A stretch of 47,188 bases of DNA from Candidatus Yanofskybacteria bacterium (GTDB lineage Bacteria; Patescibacteriota; Minisyncoccia; Minisyncoccales; UBA10102), in contig JAUYJF010000038.1 in assembly GCA_030688685.1 (NCBI GenBank), positions 1 to 47,188 on the forward strand. Direction: 5' to 3'. The notes under the pieces were generated by a model, which was not told the origin of the DNA, made no database searches, and saw nothing but the letters and a program-made list of their open reading frames with translations. This document shows, piece after piece, positions 36,438 to 46,658 of the stretch. The translations under genes were made by a program, and so were the position numbers. Positions within the stretch are counted from its first letter, which is position 1. Each line of letters begins with the position of its first letter.

Positions 36438-36438
36438 T

Positions 36439-37968
36439 TTACCTGGCGTATTCCACAAACCTGTTTTCTCGAATAAGCGTTACTTTGATTTCTCCCGGAT
36501 AGCGAAGCTCCTCTTGAATGCGGGATGCTACATCACGCGCAAGTTGGTGAGCTTCCAGGTCTGAGACCTCAGATGGGTGCACAAAGATGCGGATTTCCCG
36601 TCCCGCCTGGATGGCATACACTTTCTCCACTCCTCCAAAGGAAGCTGCCAACTGCTCAAGTTCTCCAATGCGCTTTAAGTAGTTCTCCAGTGTGTCTTTG
36701 CGAGCTCCGGGACGAGAAGCTGAGATCGCGTCAGCCGTCTGCACAAGAACAGCCTCAATGGATTCGTAGGGATAATCCTCGTGGTGGGACTTCATGGCGC
36801 TAATGACCGCCTTTTCCATTCCAAACTTCTCCAGCACGCGCATGCCGATCTCCACGTGAGAGCCCTCTATCTGATGATCCAGTGCTTTCCCAATGTCATG
36901 GAAAAGACCCGCTTTTTTGCTGAGCTGCGCGTCCGCTCCTATTTCTGCCGCAAGAGCCGCGGCAAGATGGGCAACTTCAATGGAATGCAGGAGAACATTT
37001 TGTCCATAGCTGGTGCGGAATTTCAGGCGCCCGAGGAGAAACACGAGTTTGGGATCAATACCGACGATCCCCACCTCATAGATGGCAGTTTCCCCGGCTT
37101 CTTTCATTTGTTGCTCAATCTCTCCCTGCACTTTCGCTACTTCCTCTTCCACGCGGGCGGGATGAATGCGCCCGTCCTGGATAAGCCGCTCCAGAGCGGT
37201 TTTCGCGATATGCCGCCTCACTGCGTCAAATCCTGAGATTACCACGGTTTCCGGGGCCTCATCCACAATGATTTCCACTCCGGCTGCGCGCTCTAAGGCG
37301 CGAATGTTTCTTCCTTCTTTTCCAATAATCTTTCCCTTCATTTCTTCTGAAGGAAGGATAACCGTGGATGTGGTGATTTCCTGCGTTTGAGGCACCGCGA
37401 TCTTTTGAATGGCGTAGGAGACAATCTCTCTCGCGCGCGCGTCAAACCGGTCTTTGCCTTCTGCCTCCAGCTGGCGGATTCTTCCTAAGATATCTTTCTC
37501 GTGCTGGGCTTCCACACGCCCGAAGAGTTCGCTTTTTGCCTCCTCTTGGGAGAGCTTGGCGACAGCTTCCAGTCGGCGCACAATGTCCGCCCGCTCTTGC
37601 TCCAGTTTTTCTTTCGTATCCTTCAGGAGCGTCTCTTTTGCCTGAATCTCGTTCTGCTGAGATTCAAAATCAGAGAGTTTTTGCTCAAACAAACTCTCCC
37701 GCTTTAAGAGAAGCTGTTCTGTTTTGAGGATTTCTTTTCGACGTTCATCCTCTTCCTGCTTTGCCTCACTGAGAATATGTTTTCCTTCCTGCCTTGCTTT
37801 CTCAAGAATCGCTTGGCTTTCTTCCTCAACCTGTGCAATGCGCTTTTTTAACTTTTGTTCAACCGATCCGGCTCGCTTTCGCGCGATTGACTGCCGGGCG
37901 TAGTACCCAAGAAGAGAGCCCAAAACCAATGCTCCAAGGCCCGTTCCTATAAGGAGAAGAGCATCCAT
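36439..37968 (-). CDS. rny: Ribonuclease Y
   Basis: N-terminal TM helix, coiled coil, KH domain KGKIIGKEGRNIR, HD domain FHDIGK, ADAISASRPGAR. Confidence 0.97.
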   Translation of the reverse strand: MDALLLIGTGLGALVLGSLLGYYARQSIARKRAGSVEQKLKKRIAQVEEESQAILEKARQEGKHILSEAKQEEDERRKEILKTEQLLLKRESLFEQKLSDFESQQNEIQAKETLLKDTKEKLEQERADIVRRLEAVAKLSQEEAKSELFGRVEAQHEKDILGRIRQLEAEGKDRFDARAREIVSYAIQKIAVPQTQEITTSTVILPSEEMKGKIIGKEGRNIRALERAAGVEIIVDEAPETVVISGFDAVRRHIAKTALERLIQDGRIHPARVEEEVAKVQGEIEQQMKEAGETAIYEVGIVGIDPKLVFLLGRLKFRTSYGQNVLLHSIEVAHLAAALAAEIGADAQLSKKAGLFHDIGKALDHQIEGSHVEIGMRVLEKFGMEKAVISAMKSHHEDYPYESIEAVLVQTADAISASRPGARKDTLENYLKRIGELEQLAASFGGVEKVYAIQAGREIRIFVHPSEVSDLEAHQLARDVASRIQEELRYPGEIKVTLIRENRFVEYAR

Positions 37969-38106
37969 GGGAATTCAGAAAATATTGGCGCTTATGTTGT
38001 TTATTCATGCCTATGACCAATTTTCTGATTTCAGAGTACCAGAAAGAGCAAGAGAAGTCAAACCCCGCTCCAGGGGGCCAGAGCGGGGAGAAATCACACC
38101 TTGACG

Positions 38107-38688
38107 CTACTTTCTTTGGATAACCTCGTCAATCAGTCCATACTCTTTCGCGCCCGCGGGATCCAAATAAAAATCCCGATCAGTGTCTTTTTCTATTTTC
38201 TCAAAGGGTTGACCCGTGTGCTCAGCCAAGATTTTGTTCAATTGTTCGCGAATCTTTATGATCTGCTTTGCGGTAATTTCAATATGGGCTGCCTCTCCAG
38301 TCACGCCTCCCGCAACCTGATGAAGCATCATCTGGGCGTTGGGAAGAGCGAATCGTTTTCCGTGAGCTCCGGTTGCCAGAAGCACCGCTCCCATGGAAGC
38401 TGCCATTCCCACGCACACGGTGGAAACAGGGCATCTGATGTACTGCATGGTGTCATAGATGGCAAGGCCGGCTGTTACTGATCCTCCGGGAGAGTTTATG
38501 TAAAATTGGATGGGCTTGGTGGAGTCCTTCTGGGCGAGAAACAGCATCTGGGCGATGATGGAGTTTGCGACCACATCATTAATGGGAGAGCCGAGAAAAA
38601 TAATCCGATCGCGCAAAAGACGGGAGTAAATATCATACGCCCTCTCCCCATACTGACTTTTTTCAATTACTGTTGGAATAAGATTCAT
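38107..38688 (-). CDS. clpP: ATP-dependent Clp protease proteolytic subunit
   Basis: [23 protein letters not shown] (catalytic Ser), MLHQ, DTDRD. Confidence 0.97.
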   Translation of the reverse strand: MNLIPTVIEKSQYGERAYDIYSRLLRDRIIFLGSPINDVVANSIIAQMLFLAQKDSTKPIQFYINSPGGSVTAGLAIYDTMQYIRCPVSTVCVGMAASMGAVLLATGAHGKRFALPNAQMMLHQVAGGVTGEAAHIEITAKQIIKIREQLNKILAEHTGQPFEKIEKDTDRDFYLDPAGAKEYGLIDEVIQRK

Positions 38689-38766
38689 CCTATGAAAAGT
38701 TACTCATGGTTATTTTTTCTTGTTCCCGGTGAAACGTTGCCCTGTATTTGGGGCCTCTCATGGGAT

Positions 38767-39786
38767 TCATTTCTTTGCGGATTCTTCCAGTAACGCGAGT
38801 GCTTTTTCGTTCTCAAGCGCGCCTTTAGTATACAAGACAAGCTGCTTTTGGTCAAACGCCTGTTCTGCTTCTTTTGGACTTCCAAACTGCGCAAGAACCC
38901 TCTGCGTGCCCGCCTGGATTTCTTCATCTGTGACTTGAATATTCTCCTGCTTGACGATCTCCCGAAGAATCAGGGAGTTTTTCACGCGCTTCTCAGCTTC
39001 CTTGGCAAATTCTAAAAGAAGCTGGTCCTCTGTCTTTCCCACTTTTTCCAAATACTCTTGGAATTCCATGCCGGCCTGCTCCTTCACTCCTTTTTTAATG
39101 TTCTCCACCATGGAGCTCTGTTCTCGTTCTATGAGCACGTCAGGGATATCTCCTTTTGTTTTTTCTGCCACTTTCTCAAGAATTTCTTGGCGATGACGCT
39201 GGGTCTCCCGATATTCTTTTTCCGAGAGGAGCCCTTCCCGCACAGACGAGCGTACCTGATCCATGGATTCAAAGGCTCCCAGGGATTTGGCGAATTCATC
39301 GTTAAGTTCCGGCAGTTCCTTTCCCTGCTCCTGCCTGCTTTTCTGAAGCCATTCCAGCGTCTGCTGTACTTCCTGTTCCTCGAGGGCAACCTCTTTTCGC
39401 TGAACATGAGAGGCAAGGGCGCGCCAATCCGGAAGAACCATGGCGGGGATAAGCGCAACCTCAAGCTGGAACTCAAAAGGATTGCCGGGAGCCAATTTCT
39501 TGACGGAAAGCTCCGGGTCTCCGATCACGTCCAATGCTTCTTTTTCCACAACCTCAAGATACGCGTCTTGCACCGCAAGCCGAGCCGCTTCCATAAGAAT
39601 GGTTTCTTCCCCGACCTGGCGGCGCACAATGTCAGGGGGCACTTGACCCGGACGGAATCCTTCCACCTGCAGCTGCTTTCCCAGCATTTCTTCCGCCTTT
39701 ACCCGGTATCCTTCCCAATGGTCAGCTGGGAGAGCGCAGGTTATCTGAACACGGGATTTTTCTTTTTTTGCAACTGAATACTCCAT
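38767..39786 (-). CDS. tig: Trigger factor lacking the FKBP PPIase domain
   Basis: GFRPGQVP ribosome-binding motif; the N-domain joins directly to ELPELNDEFAK and the C-domain; 339 aa. Confidence 0.88.
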   Translation of the reverse strand: MEYSVAKKEKSRVQITCALPADHWEGYRVKAEEMLGKQLQVEGFRPGQVPPDIVRRQVGEETILMEAARLAVQDAYLEVVEKEALDVIGDPELSVKKLAPGNPFEFQLEVALIPAMVLPDWRALASHVQRKEVALEEQEVQQTLEWLQKSRQEQGKELPELNDEFAKSLGAFESMDQVRSSVREGLLSEKEYRETQRHRQEILEKVAEKTKGDIPDVLIEREQSSMVENIKKGVKEQAGMEFQEYLEKVGKTEDQLLLEFAKEAEKRVKNSLILREIVKQENIQVTDEEIQAGTQRVLAQFGSPKEAEQAFDQKQLVLYTKGALENEKALALLEESAKK

Positions 39787-39794
39787 AAGAACTC

Positions 39795-40997
39795 TTAGAT
39801 GTTAGCTGGTTTTTCTTTTTCTGCTTCCTCCTGAGCATCGTCCTGAGATTCCGCGGGCATATCCACCTGCGTGCCTTCCGGAGTTCTGACGTCAATCTTC
39901 CATCCGGTCAGCTTTGCGGCAAGCCGCACATTCTGCCCTTCTTTTCCAATCGCGAGAGAGAGTTGGTCTTCTGGAACAATGGCAAGCGCGCGGTTTTTCG
40001 GGTACGTTTCCACCTGAAGAACTTTTGCGGGAGAAAGAGCGTTCGCGATAAAGGTTTCCGTGTCCTCCGCCCATTCAATAATGTCTATCTTCTCTCCTCC
40101 CAATTCATTGATGACCGCGGAAACCCGGGTACCGCGCTGGCCCACCATAGCTCCCACCGGGTCAACCTGGGGCTCTGTGGAGGCGACAGCAACCTTGGTT
40201 CGCGCTCCAGGCTCCCGGGCAATGGCTTTAATCACAACAGTCTCTGCCGCAATTTCAGGAACCTCAAGGGCAAAAAGCCGAGAAATGAACTTCGGATACG
40301 CGCGGGAAAGAATGATGGACGGTCCTTTTGGGGTATCTTCCACCTGCGACACATAAAAGCGGAGGCGCTGGCCCGGGCGATAAAACTCCCCGGGTACGTG
40401 CTCTTCTCGCGGGAACACCCCAAGCACCTTTCCGAGATCCACAAAGATCGCCCGCCCCTCCACGCGCTGAATGACTCCTGAAATCAGGCCGCCTTCCTTT
40501 GACTTGAATTCTTTGAGCGTTGATTCGCGCTCCGCCTCTCTGATCTTCTGTAAAATGACTTGCTTGGCGGTTTGGGCGGCAATCCGGCCATAGTTCATAT
40601 TCCGTTCTAACGGAATCTGGACGATGTCTCCTGGCTGAGCATCCGGCTTCAGCTTCTTTGCCTCTTCTTCAAAAAGATGGCGTTCAGGGTTGAATCGCAC
40701 CTTTTTTTCCGCGGAAATCTCCTCATCCTCTGAAGGAAGACGTTCCTGCTCTTTCAGTTCTTCAAGCTCCTGTTCAGAATAGATCATGGTGTCATCCACA
40801 ACCGTTTTCTCTTGCCAGAAATCCGCGTTCCCTGTCTGGGAATTGAATTTTGCCTTAATAAGCTGGCCTCGCTTTCCATAATCCTTTTTGTAGGCTGCAG
40901 CCAGCGCCTGTTCAATTGCTTCCAGTACTCGTTCTGCTGACAGTCCTTTTTCTTCTGAAATCTGAGAGAGAAGAAGCGGTAAATTTTTGAGATCCAT
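39795..40997 (-). CDS. nusA: Transcription termination/antitermination factor NusA
   Basis: GRIAAQTAKQV, S1 domain, AREPGARTKVAV, LSLAIGKEGQNVRLAAKLTGWKID. Confidence 0.97.
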   Translation of the reverse strand: MDLKNLPLLLSQISEEKGLSAERVLEAIEQALAAAYKKDYGKRGQLIKAKFNSQTGNADFWQEKTVVDDTMIYSEQELEELKEQERLPSEDEEISAEKKVRFNPERHLFEEEAKKLKPDAQPGDIVQIPLERNMNYGRIAAQTAKQVILQKIREAERESTLKEFKSKEGGLISGVIQRVEGRAIFVDLGKVLGVFPREEHVPGEFYRPGQRLRFYVSQVEDTPKGPSIILSRAYPKFISRLFALEVPEIAAETVVIKAIAREPGARTKVAVASTEPQVDPVGAMVGQRGTRVSAVINELGGEKIDIIEWAEDTETFIANALSPAKVLQVETYPKNRALAIVPEDQLSLAIGKEGQNVRLAAKLTGWKIDVRTPEGTQVDMPAESQDDAQEEAEKEKPANI

Positions 40998-41205
40998 AGG
41001 TATACTAACTTAGTTAATTAAGAAATTGTTTCTGCTATTAAGAAACAATGCCCGGTTGGAACGGACATTTGACATTTTTAGCGTATCAAAGGAGAAGAAG
41101 TTTGTCAAGAAATGGTGGGATATCCTAAACTTTGCGCCAAACCATTTTGGGGGAAACTGACCGCCCCGCCCTCGCTTCTAATATTGCGGCGAAAAAATCC
41201 GGCGG

Positions 41206-41796
41206 CTATAATATTGATTCTACCTCGGATCTCATCCGATTAAAAATCTTGGCGTGTCCTTTAGTGTTCGGATGAAGTCCATCAATAAGGTCGTCGTTTC
41301 CAACTACGCTATCCATAGAAATGAATTTCAGCTTGTTGCTCTCGCAAAACTTCTCAATAGCATTGTCTAGCCGTTTAATGTTTTCGTTGAAATAGGACTT
41401 GTCGGGTTTCCATGGACAAGGAGTAGTTTTTGATTCGTCTACTGCGGTCAAGCCAACAAAAACAATTTTTTCAGTAAAATTATTGGCAAGAGAAAGAAGT
41501 TTTGCAAGATTTTGCTGAAATTCATCAAGCGAAACGCGCAAGCCGTTTGTGGAATGGATAAATTGAGCGTCATTGATTCCAATGGCGAAAATTATCAAAT
41601 TTGGTTCGCGCGCTTTCGCTTCAACTTCAATCCTGCTAAGCAAGTCGGCTATGGTATTGCCGGAAACCCCAAGATTATAAACATCAATATCTTTATCCTG
41701 TGCTTCAAAATAATTTCGCAAGCGAGTAGCCCAGCCGCCTTGCTCTGGATCGTATGCTCCCCAAGCTATACTGTCCCCGAAAATTAGAATGTTCAT
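41206..41796 (-). CDS. SGNH/GDSL-family hydrolase
   Basis: FGDSI, NLGVSG, GIND, DGLHPN (blocks I, II, III and V). Confidence 0.93.
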   Translation of the reverse strand: MNILIFGDSIAWGAYDPEQGGWATRLRNYFEAQDKDIDVYNLGVSGNTIADLLSRIEVEAKAREPNLIIFAIGINDAQFIHSTNGLRVSLDEFQQNLAKLLSLANNFTEKIVFVGLTAVDESKTTPCPWKPDKSYFNENIKRLDNAIEKFCESNKLKFISMDSVVGNDDLIDGLHPNTKGHAKIFNRMRSEVESIL

Positions 41797-41821
41797 AGAT
41801 TATTTCCCTTCGGCTCAAATT

Positions 41822-42298
41822 TCATATAACTTCTCCTTGCTGAGATTGTAAGAAGTCGTCCCATCCGCTAACACACTTAGCTGCTACCTCCATCACATCG
41901 ACGGGTATTCCAAATTTCCAAACGTCGATACCGAATCTCGGCTCTTTATGCATAAAGTGATCGAAGTAACGTGAGATAGGAGTTGAAATACCAAAACCAT
42001 GATCCACAAAATCATTTTGTGGTTTATATCGATCAATTTTTTGATGCTTTTGCTTATTTGCTAAATCACGACAAAGAGAAAGCCAGGCGCTACGTTCAAT
42101 AAAATTATCGATTGCAATCTGTCTAAATCCGCTTTTTATAAGCCAATCACGCATGTGATAGCATTGAATAAAGAAAGAAGTAAATGAGTCTAAAGCTGTC
42201 TCAAAATTCTCATCGGTAGCAACCGAAAATCGTTCGATGTCTTTTCTTAAGCGCTTTACTCGACTGAATTGTTCTTGGCACGGTAATTTATATTTCAT
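41822..42298 (-). CDS. Hypothetical protein, possibly HEPN-like
   Basis: Helical 158 aa with FF..CYH..DW and CRDLANKQKH, resembling the R...N..KH motif of HEPN-related domains. Confidence 0.5.
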   Translation of the reverse strand: MKYKLPCQEQFSRVKRLRKDIERFSVATDENFETALDSFTSFFIQCYHMRDWLIKSGFRQIAIDNFIERSAWLSLCRDLANKQKHQKIDRYKPQNDFVDHGFGISTPISRYFDHFMHKEPRFGIDVWKFGIPVDVMEVAAKCVSGWDDFLQSQQGEVI

Positions 42299-42323
42299 GG
42301 CGATTTCCTTTGGTATAAATGTT

Positions 42324-43484
42324 TTATCTCTTAAAGAGGTCTAGATATTCGTGCAGGACAAAAATCCGGTTACGGGAAAAGCCGGTTATTTCCTTGAGGA
42401 TACCGACACGCTCCATCTCGCCAACAAGAGTATTGGTCGCTGTGTTTGAAGCGTTAAGATATTTGGAAGCATCGGAAACCTTAAATGCCGGCATGGAAAA
42501 TGATTGCAATAAAAGTTTATGAGCCAGTTTTGCCCGGCGGCCAAGCTCCATAATTTGTTTCTCATAGCTGGCGCGCAGATCAATAATCTTCTCAAATGTA
42601 TCCTTACCTTTCTTAGCTGTCTCAATGACTGCTGAGAGGAAAAAGACCACCCATTGATCCAAGTCGTTCCGTTCGCGCACAAACGTAAGCGCGTCATAAT
42701 ACGCCCCTTTGTTCCTTTCAAAGAAGTCAGAAAGGTAGAGTGTTGGTTTTCGTAGAATTCCGAGCTCAATAAGATGAAGCCCAATAAGCATACGACCAAT
42801 TCTTCCGTTACCATCATTAAAGGGATGGATTGTCTCAAACTGATAATGCGAAATGGCCATCTTAATCAGATGCGGCATATTCAATCCTTTGTTGTGCCAA
42901 AAAAACTCAAGGTCTTTTAAGGCCTCTCCCATATCTTCGGGATGAGGTGGAATGAAGGCGGCCGTCTGAATGCTTGTGCCGCCAATCCAATTTTGCGCGG
43001 TGCGAACTTCTCCTGGCTGTTTGTGTTCGCCACGAACACCAGACAACAAAATTTTATGAGCTTCTTGGAGGAGTCGCATCGAGATTGGAAGTTCGCTAAG
43101 CTGAGCAATGCTTGTATTCATTGCTTTGATATAGTTTTGCACCTCAGTCCAATCGTCTCTTTTTTCTGGGGAGATTTCTTCTTCCGGTAGGACTGCTTCA
43201 TCCATACCGGTGCGAGTGCCTTCAATGCGACTTGATTTGACCGCTTCATTGCGCACGTGCATTTGAATGAAAAAATCCACGTCTGGAACAAGGATGGAGT
43301 AAGCATTCAATTCACCAACAAGCCTGATGGCTTCTTCTAAGAGGACAGGGATTCTTTTGTCTTGCCATTCGTATGGACGATTAACCGGGGATGGCAAAAA
43401 ACTCTGGTATTCGTAGTCTTTGCCCCAGAAATGCCTCTTATAGGCGCCTGCTATAAATTGATTTTGCTGTGGTTTATTTATCAT
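42324..43484 (-). CDS. Fic-family protein (AMP transferase) with N-terminal inhibitory motif and C-terminal HTH
   Basis: Canonical [18 protein letters not shown] (S/T)xxxE(G/N) motif; winged-helix-like end [13 protein letters not shown]. Confidence 0.93.
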   Translation of the reverse strand: MINKPQQNQFIAGAYKRHFWGKDYEYQSFLPSPVNRPYEWQDKRIPVLLEEAIRLVGELNAYSILVPDVDFFIQMHVRNEAVKSSRIEGTRTGMDEAVLPEEEISPEKRDDWTEVQNYIKAMNTSIAQLSELPISMRLLQEAHKILLSGVRGEHKQPGEVRTAQNWIGGTSIQTAAFIPPHPEDMGEALKDLEFFWHNKGLNMPHLIKMAISHYQFETIHPFNDGNGRIGRMLIGLHLIELGILRKPTLYLSDFFERNKGAYYDALTFVRERNDLDQWVVFFLSAVIETAKKGKDTFEKIIDLRASYEKQIMELGRRAKLAHKLLLQSFSMPAFKVSDASKYLNASNTATNTLVGEMERVGILKEITGFSRNRIFVLHEYLDLFKR

Positions 43485-43674
43485 AGTTTTACTCCTTCAT
43501 CTAAGTTGAACTATGTATTCCCATATTACCAGATATCTATAAAAAGCGCAATAAGGAGATGTATATTACGACTTGACACAAAAAGACGCTACAATTGAGC
43601 CTCAGGACTAAGAATGCAAAAACCAGCAAATCAAGCGCTTGCCATGCTTTTCAGCAATGAGACGCAGAGGAATT

Positions 43675-43748
43675 TGGTGGACCCGGCGAGAATCGAACTC
43701 GCGACCCAGCAATGCGAATGCTGTGTAATGCCACTTTACTACGGGCCC
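43675..43748 (-). tRNA. tRNA-Ala(CGC)
   Basis: G3:U70, anticodon arm CAGCA-TTCGCAT-TGCTG, encoded CCA. Confidence 0.94.
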
Positions 43749-43755
43749 GTTTGTT

Positions 43756-44181
43756 TCAAAACTTCATCTTATCCCCAATGCGTATTCCGTTCCTTTCCGT
43801 CCATCCCGCGTTCACTTCCAGAACATACAAAACAGGAACAGAAGGGATAAGCCTGCCAGGATAGGAATCCGGAGAAACATTCAAAGTAATCTCCACAACC
43901 CTTTTCTCCTTGTCTATCCAGAGAATATCGAGAGGAAAACGCATATCCTTCATCCAAAAACTATGCTTTCCCTCATCCTCAAAAACAAAGAGCATTCCCT
44001 CCTCTTGAGAAAGAGAAGGCCGGGACGAGAGACCCCTGGTCCTTTCTTCCTGGGTATCTGCAATTACTGCGCGCAAAGACGCTTCTCCTACTGAAATATT
44101 CACGGAGGAATCGTCTTGGACAAGGACATGCGCCGATCCCAGAATAAATGCCACCATTACTCCTGTTAAAAGGATTCTCAC
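43756..44181 (-). CDS. DUF192-family protein
   Basis: ADT.EER.RGL, GMLFVF, FWMKDMRFPLDILWI, YVLEVNAG. Confidence 0.92.
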   Translation of the reverse strand: MRILLTGVMVAFILGSAHVLVQDDSSVNISVGEASLRAVIADTQEERTRGLSSRPSLSQEEGMLFVFEDEGKHSFWMKDMRFPLDILWIDKEKRVVEITLNVSPDSYPGRLIPSVPVLYVLEVNAGWTERNGIRIGDKMKF

Positions 44182-44187
44182 TTGAGA

Positions 44188-44889
44188 TTACTGTTGCTGC
44201 AGCACTTCGTCAATAACTTGAGAAAATACGGCAAAGGGCTGGGCTCCGGAAATCGTTCTTCCGCCAATGAGAAACCCCGGAGTTCCGGTAATGCCAAAAC
44301 TTCCAGCTTCCGCCCGATCCGCGTCAAGAGCCGCTTGATACCGGCTTCTATTTTGTTCAAGAAGCATGCTGATTCTCTCTGCATCCAGTCCAACCTCTCC
44401 TGCGAGAGCGATAATATCCTGTTCTGACTGCCACTTGCCTTGCTGATCAAACATCGCTATTTGCCAGTCAAGGTATTGGCTGGGAGCTGCCTCCCAAACC
44501 GCTTTTCCAACAATACCCGCTGCCTGAGAAAGAGGGCTCAGAAATTGGAGGTCTTTAAATACCACCTTAAGTTCTCCTGAGTTCACATACTCCTGGATAA
44601 TAAGAGGGAGCGTCTCCTGCTCAAATTTCTTGCAGTAGGAGCACTGAAAATCCAGCCAATAGGCAAGAGTAAGGGGAGCAGTAGGGCTTCCTATGAACGG
44701 CCTGCCTTCTGTCTTTGCCTCTCCAAGATCCCCTCTTGGCTGAGCGCTCTCAGGGCTCCCGGCCACTGACGCCGTCTGGGTCCTTGGGGGTGCTCCAATT
44801 GCATAGAAAATAGCTCCCGCAATAATAAGGCCCGCGGTGAGGATGGCTCCCGGTACCAGAAACTGGTTCTGCCCCTGTGTGTTTTCCAT
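44188..44889 (-). CDS. Membrane-anchored DsbA/thioredoxin-fold oxidoreductase
   Basis: N-terminal TM helix, DFQCSYC (CxxC), GITGTP cis-Pro loop, GAQPF. Confidence 0.9.
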   Translation of the reverse strand: MENTQGQNQFLVPGAILTAGLIIAGAIFYAIGAPPRTQTASVAGSPESAQPRGDLGEAKTEGRPFIGSPTAPLTLAYWLDFQCSYCKKFEQETLPLIIQEYVNSGELKVVFKDLQFLSPLSQAAGIVGKAVWEAAPSQYLDWQIAMFDQQGKWQSEQDIIALAGEVGLDAERISMLLEQNRSRYQAALDADRAEAGSFGITGTPGFLIGGRTISGAQPFAVFSQVIDEVLQQQ

Positions 44890-44945
44890 GTTTTGTTCTG
44901 TACCAGTTTCCTGGAATTTTTTACAATGATTCCTTGTTATAGAGG

Positions 44946-45016
44946 TCAGGGCGGGGTGAATCGAACACCCGCTACAGTCGCCCGAGGACTGCGTACTGCC
45001 ACTATACTACGCCCTG
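44946..45016 (-). tRNA. tRNA-Pro(CGG)
   Basis: Anticodon arm CAGTC-CTCGGGC-GACTG. Confidence 0.93.
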
Positions 45017-45022
45017 ATTGTT

Positions 45023-46486
45023 TTACTGGACAAAATACTTCTTCTTCAGTTCTTCGTCAACGCGATCTTGCGTAAGCTGAGCTGATTGTTTCGCTTTTGC
45101 CGCCATATCTTCTAACTCTTGCTCTGAAAGCTTCGCAAGCTCAAAAACTCGCTTTTCAAGATACTCCTTGGTATTGAGCGCAGGATCGTCAAGAACATCT
45201 TCCAGGAGAATTGCCAGGATTGCTCCTATCTTGGGCCCCGGGCCAATCTTGAGCGTTTCCATAATAGTGTCCCCGTTTATCTTGAGCATCTTTGGGCTGA
45301 TAGGATCCTGTCGCACTTTATCTACCATAGCTTTCAAGTAACGCAGGCGGTAGGGCTGCGCTTTGGGAACCCCAGACCCAATCCGATCCGCCTCGCGAAG
45401 CTGAAATAGCTCATCAATATGCTCTGTCCCTACCCTGGCAAGCAGCCGGCGCACCCCTTTCAAAGTTACCGTCTCAGGATCATACACGAACATGTGCTCC
45501 CGCACCAGCAAGGAAACGGTCTCCACAACTTCCTTGGGAAATTTCAGGCGCTCTAAGATCTTCTTTGTCATTTTTGCCCCCACCACCTGGTGTCCGTAAA
45601 ATGTTGAATCAGGCCCCTCTCCCTGCTTTACGCGCGGCTTGGCGACATCATGAAGCAGGGAAGCTAAGCGCACAATGAGATCTTGCTTCTGACGCGCCGC
45701 ATATTGAAGAGATCGGACATTATGCTCCCATACTGTATAAATATGGTGCTTGTTCTGTCCTACCCCATAGCCTTCTTCAAGTTCCGGGAGGAAATGGGAA
45801 AGGAGACCAAGCTGGCGCAGTTCCTCAAGCGCCTCCATGGGAGCATCCGACATGAGAATCTTGATGAACTCATCCCGAATGCGTTCCTGAGAAATCTCTC
45901 GGATAAGCGCGCTGTGTTTTTCTATAGCCTTTCTTGTGGCAGGCTCTATGGTAAATCCCAGGGTCGCAAAGAAGCGTACTGCCCGCATCATGCGGAGCGC
46001 GTCTTCCTGAAAACGCTGGTCAGGATCTCCCACCGCACGAATGGTTTTTGCCTCAATATCCCTCTGCCCTGCAAAAGGATCCAAAACTTCAACTTCCTTG
46101 TCTTTGGCATGGAGGGCAATGGCGTTCATGGTGAAATCACGCCTTGCCAAATCCTCTTCAATGGTTTTTGCGTATTCAATCTGTTCAGGATGCCTCCGAT
46201 CCCCGTATGCAATATCCGCCCTGAAAGTTGTAATCTCAATCTCTTTGAGAGTCGGGTCTTCGCTTTCCGTATGGACAGTCACCGTAAAGAACTTATTCTC
46301 ATAAAAACTTGCGGGAAAAATCTGCTGAATTTCCTCTGGTTTAGCTGAGGTCGCAATATCCCAATCCTTGGGCTTTTTCCCCAAGAAGAGATCCCGCACG
46401 CACCCTCCCACAACGTACGCCTGGTATCCCTTGGCCCAGAGAACTGAGACGGTGTCTTGGACTTCCGTGGGGATATCGTATTTCAT
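45023..46486 (-). CDS. cca: CCA tRNA nucleotidyltransferase with HD domain
   Basis: VGGCVRD...DWDIAT, EITTFR, DLARRDFTMNA, EDALRMMRAVRF, LLHDVAKP; start set at MKYDIP. Confidence 0.92.
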   Translation of the reverse strand: MKYDIPTEVQDTVSVLWAKGYQAYVVGGCVRDLFLGKKPKDWDIATSAKPEEIQQIFPASFYENKFFTVTVHTESEDPTLKEIEITTFRADIAYGDRRHPEQIEYAKTIEEDLARRDFTMNAIALHAKDKEVEVLDPFAGQRDIEAKTIRAVGDPDQRFQEDALRMMRAVRFFATLGFTIEPATRKAIEKHSALIREISQERIRDEFIKILMSDAPMEALEELRQLGLLSHFLPELEEGYGVGQNKHHIYTVWEHNVRSLQYAARQKQDLIVRLASLLHDVAKPRVKQGEGPDSTFYGHQVVGAKMTKKILERLKFPKEVVETVSLLVREHMFVYDPETVTLKGVRRLLARVGTEHIDELFQLREADRIGSGVPKAQPYRLRYLKAMVDKVRQDPISPKMLKINGDTIMETLKIGPGPKIGAILAILLEDVLDDPALNTKEYLEKRVFELAKLSEQELEDMAAKAKQSAQLTQDRVDEELKKKYFVQ

Positions 46487-46546
46487 CTCTCGTATTCTAG
46501 CGTAAATGCTTGATTCTTTCAATAAATTTCAGTATAATCTGGGTGC

Positions 46547-46618
46547 GCCCCTGTGGTGAAACGGATATCACGGCAGTCTTCGGAACTGCTATTGAGGGTT
46601 CGAATCCTTCCGGGGGCA
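46547..46618 (+). tRNA. tRNA-Arg(UCG)
   Basis: Anticodon arm GCAGT-CTTCGGA-ACTGC gives TCG; A20 in the D-loop. Confidence 0.92.
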
Positions 46619-46658
46619 CACCGTTGCACAATTTTGGGTTTTCTCATAGAATAGGGAA

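Larger units (their letters stand above)
41113..43680. mobile_element. Putative small genomic island at the 3' end of tRNA-Ala(CGC)
   Basis: Visibly AT-richer than its flanks; accessory genes; TGGTGG (the tRNA end CCACCA) at both 41113 and 43675; no integrase seen. Confidence 0.55.

Noticed and set aside
41113..41160. Short frame WWDILNFAPNHFGGN as a possible recombinase C-terminal remnant at the island edge
   Set aside because: Too short to support without a search, and the 6-bp repeat could occur by chance; kept only as a tentative boundary.
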